DNA from: an uncultured Actinomycetota bacterium
Lineage (GTDB): Bacteria > Actinomycetota > Actinomycetes > Actinomycetales > Dermatophilaceae
NCBI GenBank assembly: GCA_963770005.1
Contig: CAVYNX010000014.1
Coordinates: 7,108 to 71,107 of the forward strand
Direction: 5' to 3'
Length of the DNA: 64,000 nt
A program made the translations under genes and the position numbers. Of this stretch, positions 30,540 to 40,998 are shown in pieces. Under the pieces are notes generated by a model. That model did no database searches. It had not been told where the DNA came from and worked only from the letters and a program-made list of their open reading frames with translations. Position 1 is the first letter of the stretch. The number at the start of each line of letters is the position of its first letter.

Positions 30540-31842
30540 TCAGGGAACCCGGCAGACCGACCGGACCAGCGGCCGCGACACCGTCACCGCGGCGACCATC
30601 AGCGCGACGGCCGCGACGACGGCCACCCCGAACCGCAGCAGCAGCTCCGGGCCGATGACCGACGAGAACGGGCACCAGCAGCGCCAGCACCATGCCGCCG
30701 GCCACCGCCACGGTCACCGCGAGCGGCAGGGCCACCTCGCGGGTGCGCGCCGCGTGGAGGGCCGGCTCGCCCGCACCGGCCAGCGCGAGCGCCCGGTACT
30801 GCTCGCGCTGGTCGAGGACCCGGGCCGCCTGCACGACGCCGGTCGACGTCGCCGACACCACGGCGATGATCGCCAGCGTCAGGTAGGCGCCGGTGGCCAT
30901 GTCCGGGCCGAGGTACGCGTACCCCTCGGGGCCGCCCGCGTCGCCACTGCCGGCGATCATCGTCGACAGTCCGGCGACGAGGATGCCCAGGCCGACCGCG
31001 CTGACGGCGCGCCACGTGCTGCGCGGGTCGTCGATGAGCCGCCGGGCCGCGAGCAGCGTCGGGAACCGCCGACTGGCCGACGCGACGACGAACCCCAGCA
31101 GCATGACGAGGTACGGCCCGATGAGGTTCACCGTGGCCACCACCCCGACCAGCACGACGAGGAGCACGGCGGTCGCGAGGTTGCTCCGTGCGACGCCCAG
31201 CCAGCCGACCAGCACCACGACGACGGCGCCCGCGCGCCACCAGCGCAACCGCGGCGGCGAGACCCGTGACGTCACCCCCAGCGGCGAGATGACCACCCGG
31301 GTCAGGCCGACCAGCCCGGACACCACCGCCAGCAGGGTCACCGCCGCCAGCCCGAGCAGCGCCACCGGCACGCCCACCCACAACTCCCCGATCGTGAACG
31401 GCCGCCCCTGGAAGTCCAGCCGCGCGAGGACCGGCAGCACCGCCGCGTACAGGGCGACGCCCAGGACCCCGCCGAGGAGCGCCTGCCCCGCCGCCTCGGC
31501 CAGGGTCATGACGACGACCTGGCCGGACGTCGCTCCGGACAGCCGCAGCGTGGCCAGCCGCTGGTCGCGACGCGACGCCGCGAGCCGCGCCGCCACCCCG
31601 CCCAACGTCAGGACCGGGACGACCATGACGGCGCACGCCACCGAGGCGAGGACGACGTAGTACGCGGCGCTGTCGGTCCCCGCCGCATCGGCCCGCGCGC
31701 GGAAGGCCAGCAGGCCCGCGGCGCAGACCAGCAGCGCGGCCGTCGCCACCGCGAACGCGACCAGGGCCAGCACGGCGGGCAGGTGGCTCTCACGCCCGAC
31801 GCCGCGACGGAGCGCCCACCACACCCGCAGGGCACCCCTCAT
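30540..31842 (-). CDS. FtsX-like ABC transporter permease
   Basis: ARLAASRRDQRLATLRLSGAT, multiple TM segments, DQREQYRALALAG. Confidence 0.8.
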
Positions 31843-32577
31843 CGCGCCGACTCCACGCGACCGTCGCGCATCCGCACGACCCGGCCGCACCACTGCGCCA
31901 CCTCGTCGTCGTGGGTCACGACGACCAGCGACGACCCGGACTGCCGGGTCACCGCCGTCAGGTGGCCCATGACGTCGGCCGGACGTCGCCTGGTCGAGGG
32001 CTCCGGTCGGCTCGTCGGCGAACACCACGCCCGGTCGCGCGACCATGGCCCGCGCGATCGCCACCCGCTGCGCCTGGCCGCCCGACAGCTCGCCCGGCCG
32101 CCGGCGCTCCAGTCCCTGCAGTCCCAGCACCGGGAACAGCGCCGCGGCCTCCTGCACCGCCGCGGCCCGCGGCCGGCCGGCCAGCATCAGCGGCACGGCG
32201 ACGTTCTCGACCGCCGGCAGCTCCGGCAGCAGGTGCCCGGCCTGGAACACGAACCCGAAGTCGTCGCGGCGCAGCACGCTGCGCTGACGGTCGGACATCC
32301 GGGCGAGGTCCCGGCCGCGCCACGTCACCGTGCCGCTGCTGGCGGTGAGGATCCCCGCGAGCACGTGCAGCAGCGTCGTCTTGCCCGACCCCGACGGGCC
32401 CATGATCGCCACGCTCTCGCCCGGGGCCACGGTGAGGGTGACGCCCCCCAGCGGCGCCACCTCGCCGGGGCCGAGCGGTCCGTAGGTCTTCACCACGTCG
32501 GTCGCCACGAGGGCGTCCTCCGGTGGCGGGTCGACGAGAGCACGGCGGGACGACAACGGGGTCGGTGAGGTGGACAT
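31839..32577 (-). CDS. ABC transporter ATP-binding protein (LolD/MacB-like), frameshift near 31980
   Basis: GPSGSGKTT, GFVFQ, LSGGQAQR, FADEPTGALD, VVTHD. Confidence 0.9.
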
Positions 32578-32834
32578 GCCGACCACCCTGTCGGCGCGGT
32601 ATGCGTCGCCGCATCGGTCCCCGGTCGGGTCCAGCCGCCCGGCGCCGGCGCCGCCTGCGACCCCCGGACCTACGCCCTCGGGTCGCAGTCCTCGCACTCC
32701 CGTCGTACCTCACGCCACACGCATACCACCCGACCGGCGTGTCGAGCCGACACGCCGCAGATGTCGAAACCCGTTGAGGATCGGTCGATCCAGCCCTTGC
32801 CAACCGCGGGCGCCAGGGCGTAGAAATCTCCTAC

Positions 32835-33010
32835 GCCCTTCCGCAAGGAGATGGCGGTCGGACAGCAATCGAGGTCCACACCAGCGGAGCGATCTGCCGG
32901 ACTCGCAGGACGAGGCGAGGGGACCAGGCGCGCTGACCGACGTTCGGTCGACGTCACGCCCGGACACACCGAGACCCGGCCAACTCATACTTGGCCGGGT
33001 CTCACCTTGT
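32835..33010 (+). ncRNA. Candidate structured small RNA (unassigned family)
   Basis: Lower-GC intergenic stretch with a promoter-like upstream region, several short hairpins (one with a GCAA tetraloop) and a terminator-like 13-bp stem. Boundaries inferred. Confidence 0.4.
32971..33010 (+). terminator. Intrinsic terminator-like hairpin
   Basis: GAGACCCGGCCAA-ctcatac-TTGGCCGGGTCTC, perfect 13-bp stem followed by ACCTTGTGT. Confidence 0.7.
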
Positions 33011-33203
33011 GTGCGCTCTTGCTAGCGGCGATCGCCCAAGGCCGGGTGGTTCACCCTCTTTCTACCCGGACGACGTGACGTCATGCGTTACCAACACGCG
33101 TCTTCCCGGTAAACAGTGCACGGACGGTCCCCGCGCTACCGCGCCGCTCCCTCCCCCGCTACGGTCGTCTCGTCGAGCCCGCCCCGCTCCAGGAGGTCTC
33201 CCG

Positions 33204-34445
33204 TTGCCCGATCACTCGCGCCACCTCATCGGACTGCTGCTCGGTGCGGAGGAGGACTGGCCGCAGGCGTTCGAGGCGATCCTGCGCCGGGTCGGGCCCG
33301 GTCACCGACGCGTCGGGCGTCGTCCACGACGTCGAGTCCGAGCGGCTCACCATCGAGCCGTTCGAGCTGACCGACCCGGTGCGCCCGGGCTGGTCATCGA
33401 CCGCCTGGCCTACTGGTACTACCACCCGCGCGAGTGGCTGAAGAAGGCCGCGCTGATGGACGGGACCTACCTGCTCAACAGCCCGTTCACCTTCCAGTCC
33501 ATGGAGAAGCACTCGGCCTACTGCGCGATGGTCCGGCTGGGGCTGAAGATCCCGCGCACCGTCCTGGTCCCCTACAAGAACCCGGTCGACAACGTCCGCT
33601 GGGCCTACACAGCGGCGAAGTACAACCAGTCGTTCGACCTCGACACCATCGCCGCCGACCTCGGCTACCCGCTCTACATGAAGCCGTTCGACGGCGGCGG
33701 CTGGCGCGGCGTCTCGCGCATCAACAACCAGGACGACCTGCACAACGCCTACGACGAGTCGGGCGAGATGCTCATGCACCTGCAGGCGACCGTCGACTAC
33801 GAGAAGTTCGCGCGGGCGCTGTCGATCGGCCCGGAGACGATGGTCATGGACTTCCGGCCGGACGAGCCGATGCACAACCGGTATGCGGTCTCGCACGACT
33901 TCCTCTCGGCCAAGGCCGGGTCGGAGTGCGCCGCGATCAGCAAGATCATCAACGCGTTCTTCGGCTGGGAGTTCAACTCCGCGGAGATGCTCGTCGCCGG
34001 CGACGAGGTCTACCCGATCGACTACGCCAACGCCTGTCCCGACGTCGCGGTCACCTCGCTGCACTACTACTTCCCCTGGGCCATCACCGCGCTCGTGCGC
34101 TGGTCGGTCTACTCGCTCGTCAACGGCCGCTCGATGTCGGTCGACCTGCACACCGAGCGCTACTTCGCCATCGCCGACGACGAGTCGCTGTCCTACGAGA
34201 GGAAGATCACCGCCTACCTCGCCCTGGCCAACGAGCACTTCTCGACCGACCGCTACTGGCAGTTGTGCGAGGAGTACCTCCCGCACCTGCCCGAGCAGGT
34301 GCACGACTGGGTGACCTCGCCGGACTTCGACCGGCTGCTGCGGGAGACCGTGGACGCGACCTACCCGGAGCACGAGCGGGAGCAGTTCATGGCGCACTTC
34401 CGCGGCCTCATCGGCATGTGGGCGAAGGACAACACCCCTGCCTGA
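33204..34445 (+). CDS. ATP-grasp (RimK/glutathione synthase-like) protein, compensating frameshifts about 33300-33390
   Basis: AGGAGG RBS then TTG; IGLLLGAEEDWP, VIDRLAYWY, YMKPFDGGGWRGV, FNSAEM, IDYANACPD. Confidence 0.85.
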   Translation: MPDHSRHLIGLLLGAEEDWPQAFEAILRRVGPGHRRVGRRPRRRVRAAHHRAVRADRPGAPGLVIDRLAYWYYHPREWLKKAALMDGTYLLNSPFTFQSMEKHSAYCAMVRLGLKIPRTVLVPYKNPVDNVRWAYTAAKYNQSFDLDTIAADLGYPLYMKPFDGGGWRGVSRINNQDDLHNAYDESGEMLMHLQATVDYEKFARALSIGPETMVMDFRPDEPMHNRYAVSHDFLSAKAGSECAAISKIINAFFGWEFNSAEMLVAGDEVYPIDYANACPDVAVTSLHYYFPWAITALVRWSVYSLVNGRSMSVDLHTERYFAIADDESLSYERKITAYLALANEHFSTDRYWQLCEEYLPHLPEQVHDWVTSPDFDRLLRETVDATYPEHEREQFMAHFRGLIGMWAKDNTPA

Positions 34446-34687
34446 GATCGCCCTCGAGCTCTACGTCACGACCGTCGTCAACGCCGTCGCCGGCGACGAC
34501 TGGGTCGCCCTGCGCCGGGTCCTCCACCCGTACCTGCGGTTCACCGACGAGCACGGCCGGACCACGCGCGGCCGGACCAAGGTGATCGCCCTGCTGCGGA
34601 TCGTGCGACACGCTGGACCGACCGACGGAGATCGAGCTGCGCGACGGGCAGGTCTACCGCTGGTGCTGCCCGGTCACGTCCGGCTGA
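34438..34687 (+). CDS. Small conserved-looking hypothetical protein (NTF2/SnoaL-like), frameshifted, only partly in ORF track
   Basis: Manual translation DDWVALRRVLHPYLRFTDEHGRTTRGRTKVIALL, then after a shift PTEIELRDGQVYRW. Start codon unclear. Confidence 0.5.
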
Positions 34688-35711
34688 CCTCGGCGGCCTC
34701 GAAGGTCGCGACCTCGCGCAGCATGCGGGCCGCCGACTGGACGATCGGGACCGCCAGCAGCGCGCCCGAGCCCTCGCCGAGCCGCAGGTCGAGGTCGAGG
34801 AGGGGGTCGAGCCCCAACGTGCGCAGCGCCACCGTCGCGCCGGGCTCCTGGGACCGGTGCCCGGCCACGAGGTAGCCGACGACGCGCGGCTCGAGGGCGG
34901 CGGCGACCAGGGCGGCGGAGCCGGCGATGACCCCGTCGAGGACCACCGGTATGCGTCGGCTCGCGGCGGCGAGGACGAAGCCCACCAGCGCGGCGTGCTC
35001 GAAGCCGCCGACCTCGGCGAGCACCGTCAGCGGGTCGGCGTCCGGGTCGAGCCGCGAGACCGCCCGGCGCACCACGTCGACCTTGTGCGCGAGCATCGCG
35101 TCGTCGCTGCCGGCTCCCCGGCCGGTCACCTCGGCGGCGTCCACACCGGTCAGCGCCGCGATGATCGCCGCGGCCGGCGTGGTGTTGGCGAGCCCGAGGT
35201 CGCCGGTGACGAGCAGCCGGAACCCCTCGTCGGCCAGCCGGTCGGCGACGGCGATGCCGGCCTCCACGGCCTGCCGGCACTGGTCCTCGGTCATCGCCGG
35301 ACCGACGCTGAGGTCGGCGGTGCCGCGGGCCACCGGGGCCGCCGTGAGCCGTTCGTGCGCCGGGACGGCGCCGGCCACCCCGACGTCGACGACGAACACC
35401 TCGGCACCGACCTGACGGGCCAGCGCGTTGACCACCGCTCCGCCGGCGCAGACGTTGGTCACCATCTGGCCGGTGACCTCCTGCGGCCAGGGCGTCACGC
35501 CCTGCGCGTGCACCCCGTGGTCCCCGGCGAAGACCGCGACGGCCACCGGTTCGAGCAGCGGCGGCGGGCAGACGCCGGCGATGCCGGCCAACCGGGTGCC
35601 CAGGCCCTCGAGCCGGCCCATCGCGCCCGGCGGCTTGGTGAGGAGGGCCTGCCGCGCGTCCGCGGCGGCCATCGCCGCGGCGTCGAGGGCGGCGACCGGC
35701 GGGAGCTCCAC
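34674..35711 (-). CDS. cobT: Nicotinate-nucleotide--dimethylbenzimidazole phosphoribosyltransferase
   Basis: LTKPPGAMGRLE, FAGDHGV, GDLGLANTT, GGFEHA, LRLGEGSGA. Confidence 0.95.
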   Translation of the reverse strand: MELPPVAALDAAAMAAADARQALLTKPPGAMGRLEGLGTRLAGIAGVCPPPLLEPVAVAVFAGDHGVHAQGVTPWPQEVTGQMVTNVCAGGAVVNALARQVGAEVFVVDVGVAGAVPAHERLTAAPVARGTADLSVGPAMTEDQCRQAVEAGIAVADRLADEGFRLLVTGDLGLANTTPAAAIIAALTGVDAAEVTGRGAGSDDAMLAHKVDVVRRAVSRLDPDADPLTVLAEVGGFEHAALVGFVLAAASRRIPVVLDGVIAGSAALVAAALEPRVVGYLVAGHRSQEPGATVALRTLGLDPLLDLDLRLGEGSGALLAVPIVQSAARMLREVATFEAAEVSRT

Positions 35712-35783
35712 GCGGACATCCTGGCCGACGCCGTGGAGCGTCCGTGGCCGGCCCCGCGGGAGGCCCCGTGGGAGGCTGCCCCG

Positions 35784-36345
35784 GTGACCGTGACCCTCGT
35801 GACCGGTGGCATCCGCAGCGGCAAGAGCCGGCACGCCGAGACCCTGGCCTCCGGCGGCTCCGACGTCACCTACGTCGCCACCGGACCGCTCGACGCTGGT
35901 ACCAACGCTGACGCTGACCCGGAGTGGACGCGCCGGCTCGCCCTGCACCGCGAGCGCCGTCCGTCGGGGTGGAGCGTGCTCGAGACCCTCGACGTGGCGG
36001 GCGTCCTCGCCGTCCACGAGGGCATGGTCGTCGTGGACTGCCTCGGCACGTGGGTCACCGGACTCGTCGACGAGGCCGCGCTGTGGGACGACCTCGACGC
36101 GGCGACCGAGCTGCTCGAGGCGGCGACCGACCTGCTGCGCGACGCCCTCGGCGACCACCCGCGCCGACGTGGTGGTCGTGACCAACGAGGTGGGGTTCGC
36201 GCCGGTCGCGACCACGCCGTCCGGCCGGTGGTTCCAGGACGCGCTCGGGCGGGTCAACGCCGGGCTCGCCTCCCGGGCCGACCGGGTGCACCTCGTCGTG
36301 GCCGGTCGGGTGCTCGACCTCAGCGACGCGCCCGTCGTGCCGTGA
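35784..36345 (+). CDS. cobU: Adenosylcobinamide kinase/guanylyltransferase, frameshift near 36160
   Basis: LVTGGIRSGKSRHAE, HRERRP, VDCLGTW, VTNEVG, DALGRVN, LVVAG. Confidence 0.9.
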
Positions 36346-37127
36346 CCGACGCCGTCCGCCTGGCGGTCGGCACGCTGACCCGGTTCCCCACGCCGGCGCC
36401 GCGCCGCGTCGACCCGACGACGGCGGGCCGCGCCATGCTGCTGGCGCCGCTCACCACCGTCCCCCTCGTCGTCGTCCTGCTCCTCGCGCACCTGGCGGTC
36501 GCCGCGGGCGGGCTCCCGGCATACCTCGCGGCGGTGCTGGTGCTGGCCGCGACCGCCTGGTGGTCGCGCGGGCTGCACCTCGACGGGCTGGCCGACACCG
36601 CCGACGGGCTCGCGGCGGCGTACGACCGCGACCGCGCGCTCGCGGTCATGCGGCGCGGCGACGTCGGACCCACCGGCGTGGTGACCCTCGTGCTCACCCT
36701 GCTGGTCCAGGTGGCGGCGCTGGGCGCCCTGCTGCCCACCCGCGGGGGATGCGCGCTCGCCGCGGTGGCGCTGCTCGCCAGCCGGGCGGTCCTCGCCCTC
36801 GCCTGCCGGGCCGGGGTGCCGGCGGCGCGTCCGGACGGCCTCGGCGCCACGGTGGCGGGATCCGTCCCCACCGCGGCCGCGGCCGTCATCGCGGTCGTCA
36901 GCGTCGCGGTCGGGGCCGGCCTGGCCGTCGTCACGGGTGGGGCCTGGTACGCCGGCGCGCTCGTCGCCGCCGCGGCCGGGGTCGCCGCGATCGCCATCGT
37001 CGGAACCGCCGTGCGACGCCTCGGTGGCATCACGGGCGACGTGCTCGGCGCGGTCGTCGAGCTCGCGCTGGCCGCGGCGCTGGCCGTCGCGGCGGCGCTG
37101 GTCAGCCGTGGCGTCATAATGTCCTAA
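36342..37127 (+). CDS. cobS: Adenosylcobinamide-GDP ribazoletransferase
   Basis: GLHLDGLADTADG, MRRGDVGPTG, GGITGDVLGA. Confidence 0.9.
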   Translation: MTDAVRLAVGTLTRFPTPAPRRVDPTTAGRAMLLAPLTTVPLVVVLLLAHLAVAAGGLPAYLAAVLVLAATAWWSRGLHLDGLADTADGLAAAYDRDRALAVMRRGDVGPTGVVTLVLTLLVQVAALGALLPTRGGCALAAVALLASRAVLALACRAGVPAARPDGLGATVAGSVPTAAAAVIAVVSVAVGAGLAVVTGGAWYAGALVAAAAGVAAIAIVGTAVRRLGGITGDVLGAVVELALAAALAVAAALVSRGVIMS

Positions 37128-37163
37128 CATTTGCTTGACAATTGCCCGGGCGGGCAGAACGAT
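37120..37163 (+). promoter_or_regulatory. IolR-type operator plus sigmaA-like promoter of the iol operon
   Basis: TGTCCTAACA (37120-37129) fits the corynebacterial IolR consensus KGWCHTRACA; TTGACA-N17-AACGAT follows. Confidence 0.7.
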
Positions 37164-37202
37164 CGGTCGCAGGCGACGGTCGGCGGACACGAGGGAGTGC
37201 GT

Positions 37203-38208
37203 ATGCGTATCGGGCTTGCCGGCGTCGGACGGATCGGCGCCTTCCACGCCGAGACCCTCACCGGCCTGGACTTCGTCGACGAGCTGGTGGTGACCGACGC
37301 CCTGCCCGAGGCGGCGCGGCGGGTCGCCGACCAGCTCGGGGTCGGGTTCGCGGAGTCGCCCGAGGAGCTGCTGGCCTCCGGCGTCGACGCCTTCGTCATC
37401 GCCACGGCCACGCCCGGTCACTCGCCGCTGCTCCGCCTCGGTGTCGACGCCGGGGTGCCCACCTTCTGCGAGAAGCCGGTCGCGTCGACGCTCGAGGAGA
37501 CGCTGAGCCTGGCCAAGCTCGTCGACGGCTCCGAGGTGCCGGTGCACATCGGGTTCCAGCGCCGCTTCGACCTCGGCTACCAGCGGGCCCGCCAGGCGGT
37601 CGCCGACGGCGAGCTGGGCTTCGTCCACACCGTCCGCGCCAACACCCACGACCAGGCGCCGCCGCACGCGGCCTACATCCCCACCAGCGGCGGCCTGTTC
37701 CGGGACTGCTCGATCCACGACTTCGACATCGTCCGGTTCGTCACCGGCCGCGAGGTCGTGTCGGTCTTCGCGACCGGCGCCAACAAGGGCGCCCCGTTCT
37801 TCGCCGAGGCCGGTGACGTCGACACCGCCGCGGCGGTCCTCACCCTCGACGACGGCACCCTCGTCACGGCGACCGCCACCCGCTACAACGGCGGCGGCCA
37901 CGACGTGCGGATGGAGGTCTTCGGCAGCGACGGCACCATCGGCGTCGGCTACGACCAGTCCCTCGCGGTCTCGTCGGCCGAGGCGGGGGGCGACCTCACC
38001 AGCGGGCCACGACACTGGTCGTTCATGGAACGGTTCCTCCCCGCGTACCGGGCCGAGCTGACCGCCTTCGCCGACGTCGCCCGCGGGTCGACGACCCTCG
38101 CCGTGCACGGTCGTCGACGCGATGCAGGCGTTCCGGATCGCCGAGGCCTGCGAGCTCTCGCGGCACGAGGGCCGGGTCGTCCGCCTCGACGAGATCCCGT
38201 CGGCATGA
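37203..38208 (+). CDS. iolG: Gfo/Idh/MocA inositol dehydrogenase, frameshift near C-terminus
   Basis: IGLAGVGRIG, FCEKP, IGFQRRFD, SGGLFRDCSIHDFD. Confidence 0.85.
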
Positions 38209-39173
38209 GCGCCGCCTTCGAGCTGGTCACCATCGGGCGGACCGGCGTCGACCTCTACCCGCTCGACCACGGCGTCGGCCTCGAGGACGTGCGGACGTTC
38301 GAGAAGTTCCTCGGCGGCAGCGCGACCAACGTCGCCGTCGCGGCGGCGCGCCACGGGCACCGCACCGCGATCATCACCCGCACCGGGCGGGACCCGTTCG
38401 GCACCTACGTCAAGCGGCAGCTGCGCGCCCTGGGCGTCGACGACGTCTTCGTCGAGCCGGTCGACGGGCCGCCCACGCCCGTGACGTTCTGCGAGATCTT
38501 CCCCCCGGACAGCTTCCCCCTCTACTTCTACCGCTACCCCATCGCACCGGACCTGCTCATCGAGCCGGAAACCCTTCCGCTGCAAGCGATCCAGGACGCC
38601 GGCATCTACTGGTCCACCGTCACCGGGCTGTCGCAGGAGCCGAGCCGGGCGGCCCACTTCGCCGCGTGGGAGGCGCGCGGGCGCCGCACGCATACCGTCC
38701 TCGACCTCGACTGGCGGCCGATGTTCTGGCCGGACGTCGCCGAGGGCCGGGCCCAGGTGGAGCGGGCCCTCGAGCACGTCACCATCGCCGTCGGGAACCG
38801 CGAGGAGTGCGAGGTGGCCGTCGGCGAGACCGACCCCGACCGCGCCGCCGACGCGCTGCTCGACCGTGGCCTGGAGCTGGCCATCGTCAAGCAGGGACCC
38901 AAGGGGGTCCTCGCCGCGACCCGCGACGAGCGGGTCGAGGTGCCGACGTTCCCGGTGGAGGTCGTCAACGGCCTCGGCGCCGGTGACGCCTTCGGCGGCG
39001 CGCTCGTGCACGGGCTGCTCGGCGGCTGGGACCTGCGCCGGACGCTGGAGTTCGCCAACGTCGCCGGCGCGATCGTCGCCGGCCGCCTGGAGTGCTCCAC
39101 CGCGATGCCGACCGAGGCCGAGGTCGAGCAGGCGCTCGCGTCGCGCTCCATCCCGGCGGGAGAGCCGCGATGA
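38205..39173 (+). CDS. iolC: 5-dehydro-2-deoxygluconokinase
   Basis: IGRTGVDLYP, FLGGSATNVAV, LDLDWRP, NGLGAGDAFGG. Confidence 0.95.
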   Translation: MSAAFELVTIGRTGVDLYPLDHGVGLEDVRTFEKFLGGSATNVAVAAARHGHRTAIITRTGRDPFGTYVKRQLRALGVDDVFVEPVDGPPTPVTFCEIFPPDSFPLYFYRYPIAPDLLIEPETLPLQAIQDAGIYWSTVTGLSQEPSRAAHFAAWEARGRRTHTVLDLDWRPMFWPDVAEGRAQVERALEHVTIAVGNREECEVAVGETDPDRAADALLDRGLELAIVKQGPKGVLAATRDERVEVPTFPVEVVNGLGAGDAFGGALVHGLLGGWDLRRTLEFANVAGAIVAGRLECSTAMPTEAEVEQALASRSIPAGEPR

Positions 39174-40075
39174 GCGTCGAGACCCGGCCGGCCACCGCCG
39201 TGCACGACCTCACCGACGTCCGCGTGCACGAGCCGCACCGCATCGCGGAGGGCTGGGCCGCGCGACACCGCCGGCCGATACCCGGCGAGGACGGCCGGCT
39301 CCTGCTCGTGGCGGCCGACCACCCGGCCCGCAACGCGCTCGGCATCCGCGGGCGACGACTTCGCCATGGCCGGCCGCCCCGACCTGCTCGAGCGACTGGC
39401 CACCGCGCTCGGCCGGCCGGGCGTCGACGGCGTCCTCGGGACCCCGGACATCCTCGACGACCTGCTGCTCATGGGCGCGCTCGACGACAAGGTCGTCGTG
39501 GGGTCGATGAACCGGGGCGGCCTGCAGGGCGCGGCCTTCGAGCTGGACGACCGGTTCACCGCATACCGCGCCGTCGACGTGGCGGCCCACGGGCTCGAGG
39601 GCGGCAAGATGCTCACCCGCATCTGCCTCGACGACCCGGGCACCGTCGCGACCCTGCAGGCGACGGCCGACGCCGTCACCGAGCTCGCCGGCCTCGGCCT
39701 CATGGCGATGATCGAGCCGTTCCTCTCGGTGCGCCGGGACGGCCGGGTGGTCAACCTCCTCGACCCCGAGTCGACGATCCGGTCGATCGGCGTCGCCTCC
39801 GCCCTCGGGCGGCTCGAGCGCGCACACCTGGCTCAAGCTGCCGGTCGTCGACGAGCTGGAGCGGGTCATGGACGCGACGACCCTGCCGACCCTCCTCCTC
39901 GGCGGCGACCCCCAGGGCGACCCGCACGACACGTACGCGTCCTGGGGAGCGTCGCATGAGCCTGCCGGCCGTGCGCGGGCTCGTCGTCGGGCGGGCGCTG
40001 CTCTACCCGCCGGACGGTGACGTCGCGGGCGCGGTCGACATCGCCGCCGAGCTGGTCCACGGGGGTGCGCGATGA
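39170..40075 (+). CDS. Cgl0159-like TIM-barrel aldolase, frameshifts
   Basis: VAADHPARNAL, GSMNRGGL, ELDDRFT, GGKMLTRI, WLKLPVV, VVGRALLYP. Confidence 0.85.
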   Translation: MSVETRPATAVHDLTDVRVHEPHRIAEGWAARHRRPIPGEDGRLLLVAADHPARNALGIRGRRLRHGRPPRPARATGHRARPAGRRRRPRDPGHPRRPAAHGRARRQGRRGVDEPGRPAGRGLRAGRPVHRIPRRRRGGPRARGRQDAHPHLPRRPGHRRDPAGDGRRRHRARRPRPHGDDRAVPLGAPGRPGGQPPRPRVDDPVDRRRLRPRAARARTPGSSCRSSTSWSGSWTRRPCRPSSSAATPRATRTTRTRPGERRMSLPAVRGLVVGRALLYPPDGDVAGAVDIAAELVHGGAR

Positions 40076-40998
40076 GCGGGCGGTGGGTGCTGCCGCTCGG
40101 CAGCGCGGAGCGCGAGGACTGGGCGGTCGTCGTCGACGACACGGTGGACGGCTGGACCTACACCGGCCTGTACGCCGGGGCGCTGGTCTCCGGCGAGGAG
40201 CGCGGGCTGTCCACGGGCCGCCGCGAGCTCGTCGTCGTGCCGCTGTCCGGGTCGGTCGACGTGCGGTGCACCGAGTCGACGGGGGCGACGTCCCAGGTGC
40301 GGCTCGCCGGCCGGTCCTCGGTGTTCGCCGGCCCGACCGACGTGGCCTTCGTGCCCCGGGACAGCGACCTGGTCCTCGAGGCGTCGGAACCCTGCCGGGT
40401 GGCGCTGGCCGTCGCCGTGGTGCCGGAGCAGCCGCTCGGCCCGGTCCCGTCGTTCCGGCACCTGCCCGCGGCCGACGTCCCCGTCGAGCTCCGCGGCGCC
40501 GGACAGGCGTCCCGGGAGGTCCGCAACTTCGGCGTGCCCGGGGTCCTCGACGCCGAGGCCCTCATCGCCTGCGAGGTCATCACCCCGGGCGGCAACTGGA
40601 GCTCGTACCCGCCGCACAAGCACGACACCCGCCGCGACGGCGTGGAGTCGCAGCTCGAGGAGATCTACTACCACGAGGTGCAGGCCGCTCCGAGCGCCCC
40701 GGAGGGGGCCGACCCGATGGCCTACCTGCGGGTCTACGGGACGTCGGGGGACGAGGAGATCGACGTGCTCGCCGAGGTCCGGTCCGGTGACGTCGTCCTC
40801 GTGCCGTTCGGCTGGCACGGTCCGGCGATGGCCGTCCCGGGCTACGACCTCTACTACCTCAACGTCATGGCGGGCCCGGGTCCCGAGCGGGCCTGGCTCA
40901 TCTGCGACGACCCGGCCCACGGCTGGGTCCGCGACACCTGGACGTCGCAGGCCGTCGACCCCCGACTACCGCTGTCCGCCCCTGGAGGTCCGCGATGA
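40072..40998 (+). CDS. iolB: 5-deoxy-glucuronate isomerase
   Basis: [38 protein letters not shown]. Confidence 0.95.
   Translation: MSGRWVLPLGSAEREDWAVVVDDTVDGWTYTGLYAGALVSGEERGLSTGRRELVVVPLSGSVDVRCTESTGATSQVRLAGRSSVFAGPTDVAFVPRDSDLVLEASEPCRVALAVAVVPEQPLGPVPSFRHLPAADVPVELRGAGQASREVRNFGVPGVLDAEALIACEVITPGGNWSSYPPHKHDTRRDGVESQLEEIYYHEVQAAPSAPEGADPMAYLRVYGTSGDEEIDVLAEVRSGDVVLVPFGWHGPAMAVPGYDLYYLNVMAGPGPERAWLICDDPAHGWVRDTWTSQAVDPRLPLSAPGGPR

Noticed and set aside
32885-32970. c-di-AMP (ydaO) riboswitch or Ms1 RNA
   Set aside because: GGCGAGGGGACC resembles part of ydaO, but I see no GGGGTGAA or CCCGAACCCGxCAGCT segments, and neither length nor context fits Ms1. Left unassigned pending cmscan.
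32851-33078. 75-aa ORF after AAGGAG
   Set aside because: The purine run abuts the ATG with no spacer, codon usage is not coding-like, and the frame runs through a terminator-like hairpin.
35712-35783. Cobalamin riboswitch between cobT and cobU
   Set aside because: The gap is only about 70 bp and no B12-box is recognisable.
34674-39011. 1445-aa ORF and other very long ORFs (1643..4762, 43626..46496, 50109..52799, 18688..21234)
   Set aside because: Stop-poor shadow frames of high-GC DNA. At most the terminal portion (cobT, SMP-30, MerR) is a real gene; the rest is antisense to recognisable genes.
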